A stretch of DNA of 50,948 bases, from assembly GCA_037137535.1 (NCBI GenBank), contig JBAXKC010000020.1, positions 1-50,948 on the forward strand, in the 5' to 3' direction. The notes beneath the pieces are model-generated. The model saw nothing but the letters and a program-made list of their open reading frames with translations, was not told the DNA's origin and searched no databases. Shown here one piece after another: positions 10,595 through 19,900 of the stretch. Each line of letters starts with the position of its first letter. The first letter of the stretch is position 1. The position numbers and the translations under genes were made by a program. Source of the stretch: a bacterium (lineage in GTDB: Bacteria; Cyanobacteriota; Vampirovibrionia; Gastranaerophilales; JBAXKC01).

Positions 10595-10681
10595 ATGCAG
10601 AAAAAAGGAGAATATTGTTGGCTAGAAGAAGAAACAAAAGTGGGGTTGGTTCTGCCTCCCAACTTATTCAAAGATACATAG
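10595..10681 (+). CDS. Putative 28-aa upstream/overlapping leader ORF (MQKKGEYCWLEEETKVGLVLPPNLFKDT)
   Basis: AAGGA RBS 6 nt before ATG 10595; TAG at 10679-10681; different frame from the decarboxylase. Confidence 0.3.
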   Translation: MQKKGEYCWLEEETKVGLVLPPNLFKDT

Positions 10682-12186
10682 CGGTTTCCGAAGAACCATA
10701 TCAGAAAAGAGAAGTAGATCTGACTGTAAATTCATTTAATAATGAGTCTGTTTTTGCTGCTCGGTATGAAATAAATAATGAATTAAATTCAATTCCTACA
10801 CCAATCATAGATGCGTTTGAAAACTATTTGCATAATGCATCAGTACCTTTGCATATTCCAGGTCATGCCAGAGGAGAAGGTGTATTTCCAAAATTTAGAG
10901 ATCTTGTCGGTGATAAGATTGTATGTCTTGATACAACTGACGAATTTGATGGACTCGGTACATTACACCCTGCTACAGGACCTATTGAAAAGGGTCAAGA
11001 GCTGTTTGCGCAATTGTACGGTGCATCTAAATCCTTTTTTCTTGTAAATGGTTCAACTGTTGGGAATTTAGCTTTAGCATTAACAATCACTCAAGAAAAT
11101 AAAAAAGTAATAGTAAGTAGAAACTGTCATCGCTCAGTCGTCAGCGGTTTAACAATGTCAGGAGCTAATCCTATCTGGATAATGCCTGAACTGCTTGAAG
11201 ATTGGGGCGTTTACGGTCATATCAGTCCTAGAGAAGTAAAAAGACTTCTTGATGAAAATCCTGATGTTACGGCAGTTTGGATTACAAACCCTACTTATGA
11301 AGGTATAGCCAGTGATATAAAATCCATTGCGGCTATATGCAAAGAAAGAGATATTTATTTTATCGTAGATGAAGCTCATGGCTGTCTTTGGAAATTCCAT
11401 GATCAATTACCGTTTTCTGCATTAGATTGCGGAGCTGATGCTGTTGTTCATTCAATACACAAAACAGGCGGAAGTTTTTCACAAAGTTCAGTTCTTCATT
11501 TAGGTAAAAATTCAAAGATAAATTCAGAAGCTTTAGAGTCAAATTTAAAAATGATGCACTCAACAAGTCCGTCATATATGTTACTAGCCAGTCTTGACTC
11601 AGCAAGAGCTTATTTATCAAGTTCTTATGGCATGAATAAAGTTAATGATGCTGTAAATAATGCACTAAAAGTCAGAGAACGACTAAGTAATGTACCAAGA
11701 GTAAAGTGCCTTAATTCTACTGAAAATATTAATATTGATCCTACCAAAATATATATAACAATTGAAGGATTAAGTGGAAAAAGGTTAGAAAGCATTCTTG
11801 AGTTTGAATATCAGATTGAAGTCGAAGCTGCCACTGATAACGGTATTTTAGCACTTTCAAATATTGGTAATACTGAAAAAGAACTTGATTATTTTACAGA
11901 ATGTATTATAAAAATAGCTCAAAATAATTACCATGACTTGTCTTACCTAGAAAATACAAAGTATATGCCGTTTCATACTCCTGAAACAGTTTATACACCA
12001 AGACAAGCCTTTACTAAACAAAAGGAAAAAATAGCTGTTGATTATTCTATCGGACGTATTTCAGCAGAAGTTATAGCTCTGTGTCCACCTGGTATTCCTG
12101 TTTTAATCCCCGGTGAACGAATTACAGAAGAACATTTACCTTATTTGACTATGATTAATGGTATAAATGTTTTAAAAGAGCATTAA
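10615..12186 (+). CDS. PLP-dependent Orn/Lys/Arg decarboxylase (fold type I)
   Basis: LHIPGH, FLVNGST, RNCHRS, TNPTYEG, VDEAHG, HSIHKT (PLP lysine), STSPSY, C-terminal PPGIPVLIPGE. Start uncertain (TTG at 10615 or 10618 after AAGGAG). Confidence 0.92.
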   Translation: MLARRRNKSGVGSASQLIQRYIAVSEEPYQKREVDLTVNSFNNESVFAARYEINNELNSIPTPIIDAFENYLHNASVPLHIPGHARGEGVFPKFRDLVGDKIVCLDTTDEFDGLGTLHPATGPIEKGQELFAQLYGASKSFFLVNGSTVGNLALALTITQENKKVIVSRNCHRSVVSGLTMSGANPIWIMPELLEDWGVYGHISPREVKRLLDENPDVTAVWITNPTYEGIASDIKSIAAICKERDIYFIVDEAHGCLWKFHDQLPFSALDCGADAVVHSIHKTGGSFSQSSVLHLGKNSKINSEALESNLKMMHSTSPSYMLLASLDSARAYLSSSYGMNKVNDAVNNALKVRERLSNVPRVKCLNSTENINIDPTKIYITIEGLSGKRLESILEFEYQIEVEAATDNGILALSNIGNTEKELDYFTECIIKIAQNNYHDLSYLENTKYMPFHTPETVYTPRQAFTKQKEKIAVDYSIGRISAEVIALCPPGIPVLIPGERITEEHLPYLTMINGINVLKEH

Positions 12187-12188
12187 TT

Positions 12189-12222
12189 TAAAAGCAGGTT
12201 GATATAACCTGCTTTTATTTTT
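12189..12222 (+). terminator. Intrinsic terminator
   Basis: TAAAAGCAGGTT-gatat-AACCTGCTTTTA followed by a T run, just after the decarboxylase stop. Confidence 0.85.
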
Positions 12223-12288
12223 GTAGAAAATTATATTTATGCAATAATTTTATTGAGTATATAAACGTATAAATGAAGTGTATCGTGT

Positions 12289-12936
12289 ATGTTTACAGGT
12301 TTAATTGAAGAAATTGGAATAGTAAAGTCAATAACAGCTTATGAAAAAGGGGCTGTTATCAGAGTTACTTGCTCTAAAATTTTGTCTGATTTAAAAATAG
12401 GTGATAGTGTTGCTATCAATGGTGCTTGTCAGACAGTAACAAAGCTTGATGACAATGGCTTTGAAGCAGAGGCTGCTTATGAAACCTTAAAGCTTACAAA
12501 TTTTAATGACTTTAATAATGGAACAAATGTTAATCTCGAAAGAGCTTTAAGACTCGACAGCAGGCTTGGCGGACATCTCGTTTCAGGGCATGTTGAGGGT
12601 GTTGGTGAATTTATAAAAAAAATAAAAGAAGGATTGGCTGAGATTTTTTATTTTGCTATTCCTGACAATATTGAGCGATATGCTGTTTTAAAAGGATCAA
12701 TAACTGTTAATGGAGTTAGTCTTACGATTACTTCCATTTCTAATAATGTTTTCACTATTTCAGTCATTCCTGAAACAGTCAGAGCAACTAATTTTCAATA
12801 TTTAAAAGCCGGTGATAAGGTCAATCTTGAACCTGATATAATTGCTAAATATATTGAGAAATTTATGAATTCAAATAATAAAAAAGATGACAAAATTACA
12901 ATGAGTTACTTAGCTGAGCATGGATTTTTAGGATAA
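12289..12936 (+). CDS. ribE: Riboflavin synthase (alpha chain)
   Basis: Diagnostic MFTGLIEE start, NGACQTV, VNLERAL, GGHLVSGHV, VNLEPDIIAKY. Confidence 0.97.
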   Translation: MFTGLIEEIGIVKSITAYEKGAVIRVTCSKILSDLKIGDSVAINGACQTVTKLDDNGFEAEAAYETLKLTNFNDFNNGTNVNLERALRLDSRLGGHLVSGHVEGVGEFIKKIKEGLAEIFYFAIPDNIERYAVLKGSITVNGVSLTITSISNNVFTISVIPETVRATNFQYLKAGDKVNLEPDIIAKYIEKFMNSNNKKDDKITMSYLAEHGFLG

Positions 12937-14184
12937 ATGGCTGAAAAATATAAATTTGATAAAGTAGAAGATGCAATTGAAGATATAAAAAATGGCAAAA
13001 TGGTTATTATTGCCGATGACGAAAATAGGGAAAATGAAGGCGATCTTGTGTGTGCCGCTGAACATGTAACTCCCGAGATAATAAACTTTATGGCTACAGA
13101 AGGAAGGGGCTTAATCTGCCTTACATTGACTTCTGAAAGAGTCAGAGAATTAGAGCTTAATCAGATGGTTTGCCGCAATACTGAAGCACAGGGTACTGCA
13201 TTTACTGTTAGTATCGATGCTGCTGCTAAATTTGGTGTAACAACTGGTATTTCTACAAGCGATAGGGCAAAAACAATACAAGTTGCAGTAGATGATGATT
13301 GTAAGCCTTCTGATTTAAGAAAGCCAGGACATATATTTCCATTAGAAGCAAAAAAAGGTGGTGTCCTTGAGCGTGTAGGCCAAACAGAAGCAAGTGTCGA
13401 TATTGCTAAACTTGCAGGATTAAAACCAGCGGGTGTTATCTGTGAAATTTTAAACGCTGACGGGACTATGGCAAGAAGAGATGATCTTTTTGAGTATGCT
13501 AAAAAACATAATTTGAAATTTATAACAGTGGCTCAACTCATTGCTTATAGGTTAAAAGAAGAAAAAATTGTAAAACGAATTGTTCAGGCCAATTTGCCAA
13601 CAGAATTCGGAACTTTTGAAATTTATGGATATATTAATACTCTTGATAATTCTGAGCATGTTGCTATTGTTAAAGGAAATCCTGAAGAATTTAAAAATGA
13701 TGCTCCTGTTGTCAGAATGCATAGTGAGTGCTTAACAGGTGATATTTTTCACAGTTTAAGATGTGATTGCGGAAAACAGCTTGCTATCGCTCTTCAAATG
13801 ATAGAAAAAGAAGGCAAAGGTGTTGTTGTATATCTTAAATCTCATGAAGGTCGTGGAATTGGACTTGTTAATAAATTAAGAGCCTATTCGTTGCAGGACG
13901 AAGGTCAAGATACTGTAGAGGCTAACCTTAGCTTAGGTTTTCCTGCCGATTTAAGAGATTACGGTGTTGGCGCTCAGATATTATTAGATTTAGGTTTAAA
14001 TAAATTTAAGTTGATTACCAATAATCCTAGAAAAATTGTCGGTTTAGAAGGTTATGGCATTGAAGTGGTTGATAGAGTAGCAATGCCTATGGCCAAAAAC
14101 ATACACAATGAAAAATATTTGGAAACAAAACGTAATAAGTTAGATCACATGTTTATTAAAGATACGGAGAATAAAGATGGTTAA
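12937..14184 (+). CDS. ribBA: Bifunctional 3,4-dihydroxy-2-butanone-4-phosphate synthase / GTP cyclohydrolase II
   Basis: [10 protein letters not shown], TGISxxDRAx[36 protein letters not shown]. Confidence 0.98.
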   Translation: MAEKYKFDKVEDAIEDIKNGKMVIIADDENRENEGDLVCAAEHVTPEIINFMATEGRGLICLTLTSERVRELELNQMVCRNTEAQGTAFTVSIDAAAKFGVTTGISTSDRAKTIQVAVDDDCKPSDLRKPGHIFPLEAKKGGVLERVGQTEASVDIAKLAGLKPAGVICEILNADGTMARRDDLFEYAKKHNLKFITVAQLIAYRLKEEKIVKRIVQANLPTEFGTFEIYGYINTLDNSEHVAIVKGNPEEFKNDAPVVRMHSECLTGDIFHSLRCDCGKQLAIALQMIEKEGKGVVVYLKSHEGRGIGLVNKLRAYSLQDEGQDTVEANLSLGFPADLRDYGVGAQILLDLGLNKFKLITNNPRKIVGLEGYGIEVVDRVAMPMAKNIHNEKYLETKRNKLDHMFIKDTENKDG

Positions 14185-14674
14185 TTTATATGAAGGTAAA
14201 TTAACGGCAGGAAATGAAAAATTTGCTGTTGTTGTTGGAAGATTTAATGAATTCATTGGCTCAAAGTTACTAGGTGGATGTATAGACACTTTACACAGGC
14301 TTGGTGTAGATGAGTCAAATATTGATGTTGTATGGGTTCCTGGGGCATTTGAAATACCTTTAGCAGCGAGTAAACTCGCAAAGCTTAAAAAGTATGGTGC
14401 AATTATTTGTTTAGGGGCTGTAATTAGAGGAAGCACTCCTCATTTTGATTATGTATCCGGAGAAGTAACTAAAGGTGTTGCTCAAATTAGTTTAAATGAA
14501 GGACTTCCTGTAATATTTGGAGTGCTTACAACTGATAATATTGAGCAGGCTATTGAAAGAGCTGGTACTAAATCAGGAAATAAAGGAGCAGAGGCTGCTC
14601 AAACCGCTATTGAAATGGTAAATTTGATAAATGCAATTGATTTAAATGAGTCCAGAACGCTAAAAACCTTATAG
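14177..14674 (+). CDS. ribH: 6,7-dimethyl-8-ribityllumazine synthase
   Basis: [49 protein letters not shown]. Confidence 0.98.
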   Translation: MVNLYEGKLTAGNEKFAVVVGRFNEFIGSKLLGGCIDTLHRLGVDESNIDVVWVPGAFEIPLAASKLAKLKKYGAIICLGAVIRGSTPHFDYVSGEVTKGVAQISLNEGLPVIFGVLTTDNIEQAIERAGTKSGNKGAEAAQTAIEMVNLINAIDLNESRTLKTL

Positions 14675-14740
14675 AATAGGTGTTTTGTGTCTTGGCTAAT
14701 CTTTTTCTTAACAAAAGTTAATAAAATAAGAAAAAAGGTC

Positions 14741-14769
14741 TTTACAATAAAAAATCTTGTTGCTATAAT
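14741..14769 (+). promoter_or_regulatory. Sigma-70 promoter of tRNA-Asn
   Basis: TTTACA-N17-TATAAT with extended -10 TG and an A-rich UP element. Confidence 0.75.
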
Positions 14770-14816
14770 CTAATACATAGACAGGCGAAACAAACACTAG
14801 AAACTAAATAACACGT

Positions 14817-14891
14817 TCCTCAATAGCTCAATGGCAGAGCACTCGGCTGTTAACCGGGGGGTTGTTGGTTCGACTCCAACTTGGGGAGCCA
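14817..14891 (+). tRNA. tRNA-Asn (GTT)
   Basis: Acceptor TCCTCAA/TTGGGGA, D-arm GCTC/GAGC, anticodon arm CTCGG-CTGTTAA-CCGGG, T-arm GTTGG-TTCGACT-CCAAC, discriminator G, encoded CCA. Confidence 0.97.
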
Positions 14892-14896
14892 TTTAT

Positions 14897-14935
14897 AAAA
14901 AGAGACACAGTGATTATACTGTGTCTCTTTGTTTT
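14897..14935 (+). terminator. Intrinsic terminator after tRNA-Asn
   Basis: AAAGAGACACAGT-gattat-ACTGTGTCTCTTT followed by GTTTT. Confidence 0.85.
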
Positions 14936-14953
14936 ATGAATTATTTGTTGGGG

Positions 14954-15005
14954 CAGTATAAAGAAGAAGTCTTGAATTTATAATCAAGACTTCTTCTTTA
15001 TACTG
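14954..15005. repeat. 22-bp perfect inverted repeat (probable terminator or stabiliser of the convergent gene)
   Basis: CAGTATAAAGAAGAAGTCTTGA-N8-TCAAGACTTCTTCTTTATACTG. Confidence 0.85.
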
Positions 15006-15025
15006 GAATATTTATGATTTTACTT

Positions 15026-15715
15026 TTAGTGGCTTAAGTTAAGATTTCCATACATTGGTTTAAATGGTTCTTCCCCAACGCTAATTGTTATTTTTTGATT
15101 CTCGGATTCTCTCTTTATTTTAAATTTTAATGAATCTATTAAATCAGCAGGTGGAGTGTTTATAAGTTTTTTCATAAAATCATAAGTTGGTCTTACATAT
15201 TTTTTGTCTATAATCCTTACTGCGCTTTCTGCTAAAACCTCATCGTCTTTTTTGATTGTTCCTTTAATTAAGTTTTTCGTAAGTAAATCTTGAGCATTTA
15301 TTTTTACTGATATATCTTGCCCATCAACTTTAAATTGATAACCTGAACCAATTATTGCGTTATATAGCTTTTTACAGGTTCCTAGAAAGCCTTTATCTCT
15401 TTCTGACATTACTTGAAGTATATCTTGTATCTCTTCTTTTTCACAATTTAGCTTTACTCCTGCTCTAGCAATTTGGAGGTTTTCTTCTTCAGGGGAATTT
15501 AGAGTAAATCCTAATTTCCCTTCTTGAACAGGATATTGGCTAAGTTCATAATTTTTACCTTTAATTTCCAGATTATATTTAGCTTCAGTCCCAAAGTCTA
15601 ATACATCAAGTGCATCACTTGCATTTGCTTTAAATGAAGGTAACTTACAAGTATTATTATTTGTCATTGTCATTTTATATTGTGTGGGTGTTAAATTTTG
15701 TCTAATAGATAGCAT
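15026..15715 (-). CDS. Hypothetical protein with internal two-fold repeat and PSFKA leader motif
   Basis: 229-aa ORF with AAGG RBS; YNLEIKGKNYEL...QIARAGVKL resembles YQFKVDGQDISV...VLAESAVRI. Confidence 0.75.
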   Translation of the reverse strand: MLSIRQNLTPTQYKMTMTNNNTCKLPSFKANASDALDVLDFGTEAKYNLEIKGKNYELSQYPVQEGKLGFTLNSPEEENLQIARAGVKLNCEKEEIQDILQVMSERDKGFLGTCKKLYNAIIGSGYQFKVDGQDISVKINAQDLLTKNLIKGTIKKDDEVLAESAVRIIDKKYVRPTYDFMKKLINTPPADLIDSLKFKIKRESENQKITISVGEEPFKPMYGNLNLSH

Positions 15716-15815
15716 AAATAACCTTACTTTCTTATTTGGATTTATTAAATATATATCTCTCTGTTACTTCTAAAAATAAAATAAAAAATAATTGCTCTTT
15801 TATTTTAAATTACTA

Positions 15816-16781
15816 TTATTCTTCTTTTATTATATTTGGAGAGTCCTTGTATAAATGATATTTAATACCTATAGCTTCTATGTCAAATTTATCTAACTGT
15901 TTTTTCTCATAAATTTCTTCTGTTAGCTCATCAATAGTATTTGGGTTATATTGTTTTAAAATTTCTTTAGTGCTTTCTCTTATTTTAGTCACATATTTTA
16001 CAAACGTACTAATTTGCTTTGGGCTTAAATTATTATTATCTGCAACCAATTTTGAAGCTTCCCATAAATGATATATACATTGAGCAGTATCACATTCCGT
16101 ACTAAAAAAAGTTGTTTCTATAGGAGTTCCTCTACCTCTTTTTAGTTCACTTAATGCATTAGGTGCGCAGGTAATAGAGGCCTTTACTAAATGGTATCTA
16201 AATAATTCGTTTTTATTTTCAATGGGGTTCATTAGCTCATGCGAGACTTCACCCTTAGTTTTTTCTACTATTACCTCTTTAGCCTTAATTATATCTGAAT
16301 GTGCATAATCTAGAAGTAAATGAGCAAGTTCATGTCTGCATAAGCTCTTTTCTTTATCAGATAGGTCTGCGCCAAAAGTTAAAGCAATTATAATAGAGTT
16401 TGAAATCCAGGCTAATCGTAATAAATCATTTATTTTATTATTATATTCATGTGCTTTATCAACTTCATTAATTATTTCTGTATTTTGAATAGTCGGGTTA
16501 TTTTGATGAGTATTTTCAACTAAGCTTGGTGTGTTTTGATTATTATCATCAGTAGGAGTATAATTTTGCGGTTTATTCATGTTTAAATTGTTTGCAAAAA
16601 ATGTAGTTAAAATGATTGGTAATGTCCAAAACCTATACTTGAGTGCTTTTTTATAAATTGGTGGCTCTTTCCATCTGTCATCTGCTTTTGGTGTCTCAAA
16701 TAAAAGCTTTTTATCTTTTGCATTATTAGAGTTAAATGATAATTTATTTATATTTATGTTATTTGATGAGTTAATTCGCAT
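15816..16781 (-). CDS. Membrane-anchored putative zinc metallopeptidase (HExxH, M41-like, no AAA domain)
   Basis: RHELAHLLL motif after two hydrophobic segments; later Asp in ECDTAQ at a position comparable to the third ligand of FtsH-type protease domains. Confidence 0.6.
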   Translation of the reverse strand: MRINSSNNININKLSFNSNNAKDKKLLFETPKADDRWKEPPIYKKALKYRFWTLPIILTTFFANNLNMNKPQNYTPTDDNNQNTPSLVENTHQNNPTIQNTEIINEVDKAHEYNNKINDLLRLAWISNSIIIALTFGADLSDKEKSLCRHELAHLLLDYAHSDIIKAKEVIVEKTKGEVSHELMNPIENKNELFRYHLVKASITCAPNALSELKRGRGTPIETTFFSTECDTAQCIYHLWEASKLVADNNNLSPKQISTFVKYVTKIRESTKEILKQYNPNTIDELTEEIYEKKQLDKFDIEAIGIKYHLYKDSPNIIKEE

Positions 16782-16863
16782 CTATTCTATATACCTTTCT
16801 TTCAGATATAAGATTAAACAACAGTAAATTATAAAATTAACATTAAGTTTATTTTAATATGCC

Positions 16864-16893
16864 AAAAAGGCGAACCTTTCGGCTCGCCTTTTT
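16864..16893 (-). terminator. Intrinsic terminator of the RTX gene
   Basis: AAAAAGGCGA-acctttcggc-TCGCCTTTTT immediately downstream of the stop. Confidence 0.85.
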
Positions 16894-16911
16894 AGTGATT
16901 GTTAATTTAAC

Positions 16912-19900
16912 TTACGCCCACTTACCGCTTGTTGTTGTATGAATAAGAGTCATAAGTTCTGTGTTGGCTTTTACGTCATCAACGCTGGTTGGTATTGTGT
17001 GTCCAGTTGTTGGAGCGTAACTGTTCATTGCAGTAATTACTGCATCAATGTCAGTTTTACCTAAGTGTAATGCACCTACATCGATACCACCTGCAATTGA
17101 GGAACTTCCACCTGTAATAGTAATCTTCTCAGCATTACCTGTTCCATAACTTAATATGAGATCACTACCACTTTTGAAGAATGCAATATTGTCTTTATCA
17201 ACTGCACTATCAAATGCGATCTTATCAGTACCAGAGCCTGCAGCAATAACATCTACTCCGTCACCGATGGAGAAGGAGTATGTATCATTACCTCCACCAC
17301 CGTCTAATGTATCATTACCTGCACCGCCCTCAAGTACGTTAGCTCCTGAGTTACCTGTAATATTGTTACCTAATTCATTACCAGTTCCATTTATAGCAGA
17401 TGTGCCTGATAAGATTAAGTTTTCGATGTTAGCATCTAATGAATAAGTAATACTTGCACTTACAGTATCAGTTCCACCATTTGTTGACTCGATGATTGTA
17501 ATATCAGCAGAATCATAGAAGTAAGTATCATTACCTAATCCGCCTATTAAGGTATCAGTTCCGCCACCACCGGATAAGGTGTTGTCAAGAGCATTACCTG
17601 TAATTATGTTATCAATAGCATTACCTTTACCAACTAGAGCAGTTCCTGATAGTGTCAAGTTATCAACATTCGCTGCTAAGGTGTAGTCAAGGCTGGCAAG
17701 TACAGTATCTGTACCTTCACCGGCTGACTCGGTAATGGTTATTGTAGATGCGTCATAGATATAAGTATCGTTACCTAATCCACCAATTAAGGTATCAGAT
17801 CCACCGCCACCGGTTAAGGTGTTAGCTCCAGAGTTACCTGTAATTATATTATCTAATGAGTTACCTGTACCGTTAATAGCTGATGTTCCTGTTAAAGTGA
17901 GGTTTTCAAGATTAGTACCTAAAGTATAACTTAGGGTTGAAGATACTGTATCAGTTCCACCACTTGCGGATTCAGTAATTGTGATATTAGCAGAATCATA
18001 GATATATGTATCATTGCCTAATCCACCGATTAAGGTATCAGTTCCACCACCACCTGATAAGGTGTTAGCTCCAGAGTTACCTGTAATAATGTTATTTAAG
18101 GCATTACCTGCACCTACAAGACCTGTTGTTCCAGTTAATACAAGATTTTCTACGTTAGCTGCTAATGTGTAACTTAAACTAGCGTTTACAACGTCAGTTC
18201 CTGCATTAGTTGACTCTGTAATTGTTATATCAGCGGAATCATAGATATAAGTATCATTACCTAATCCACCGATTAATGTATCAGTACCGCCACCTGCAGT
18301 TAAGGTATTATCAAGAGCATTACCTGTAATTACGTTGTTCAATGAGTTACCTACACCAACAAGAGCTGTTGTTCCGGTTAATGTTAGGTTCTCAACGTTT
18401 GCTGCTAGTGTGTAATCTAAACTTGCTAATACAAGGTCGGTTCCGCTACCTGCAGTTGATGTTTCGGTAATTGTTAAGTTAGCGTTGTCATAGATATAAG
18501 TATCATCACCTAAACCACCGATTAAGGTATCAGTTCCACCTCCACCTGCTAAGGTGTTAGCTCCATCGTTACCTGTAACAACGTTATTTAAGATGTTACC
18601 TGTACCGCTAATAGAATTGGTTCCTGTTAATACAAGATTTTCTACGTTTGCAGCTAAGGTATAGCTTATGCTTGCATTAACCACATCAGTACCTTCACCT
18701 GATGATTCAACAATAGTAATAGTAGATGCATCATAGATGTATGTATCATTGCCTAATCCACCTACTAATGTATCAGTTCCGCCACCGCCTGATAAGGTGT
18801 TAGCCTGTCCATTACCTGTAATGATATTATTTAATACGTTACCTGCACCTACAAGAGCTGTTGTACCAGTTAAGGTTAAATTCTCAAGATAAGTACCTAA
18901 TGTGTAATCCAAACTAGCCATTACGGTATCAACACCACCACTAGAGATTTGATTAGCAGTCTCAGTAATTGTGATATTAACAGAATCATAGATGTAAGTA
19001 TCATTACCTAGTCCACCGATTAAGGTATCTGTACCGCCACCGCCTGTTAGAGTGTTAGCTCCTGAGTTACCGGTGATAACATTGTTTAATGCGTTACCAG
19101 TAGCACTAATAGCAGTTGTTCCTGTTAAAGTTAGGTTTTCAACGTTAGCTGCTAAGGTGTAATCTAAACTAGCTAATACTGTATCGGTTCCACCACCGGC
19201 TGTTGAGGATTCGGTAATTGTTAGGTTAACATTATCGTAGATGTATGTATCGTTACCTAGACCACCGATTAAGGTGTCAGTTCCACCACCACCAGCTAAG
19301 GTGTTAGCTCCATCGTTACCAGTAATAACGTTGTTTAAGATATTACCAGTACCGTTAATAGAGTTGGTTCCAGTTAATACTAGATTTTCAACGTTAGCTG
19401 CTAAGGTGTAACTTAAACTAGCGTTAACAACATCAGTTCCTTCACCAGTAGATTCTAGAATAACAATTCTTGCATCATCATAGACATAAGTGTCATTACC
19501 TAGTCCACCAACTAAGGTGTCAGATCCACCACCACCTGATAAGGTGTTTGCTTGTCCATTACCTGTAATTACGTTAGCAAGAGCATTACCTACAGCAGTT
19601 AAAGCAGTTGTACCAGTTAAGGTTAAGTTTTCAACGTTAGCAGCTAATGTGTAATCTAGGCTAGCTAATACAGTATCAGTTCCACCATTTGATGATTCGG
19701 TTATGGTTAAGTTAGAGTTATCGTAGATATAGGTATCATTACCTAAACCACCCATTAATGTATCTGTACCGCCACCACCTGATAAAGTGTTAGCTCCAGA
19801 GTTACCGGTGATAATATTGTTTAATGCGTTACCAGTAGCACTAATAGCAGTTGTTCCTGTTAAAGTTAGGTTTTCAACGTTAGCTGCTAAGGTGTAATCT

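Noticed and set aside
12187-12288. FMN riboswitch or ribD upstream of the rib operon
   Set aside because: Only ~100 AT-rich nt containing a terminator; no RFN consensus; ribD must lie elsewhere.
16782-16850. Shared TGTTT..TATA motif upstream of leader-bearing genes (also near 32890, 37520, 49110)
   Set aside because: Too short and AT-rich to distinguish from background by eye; needs genome-wide motif discovery.
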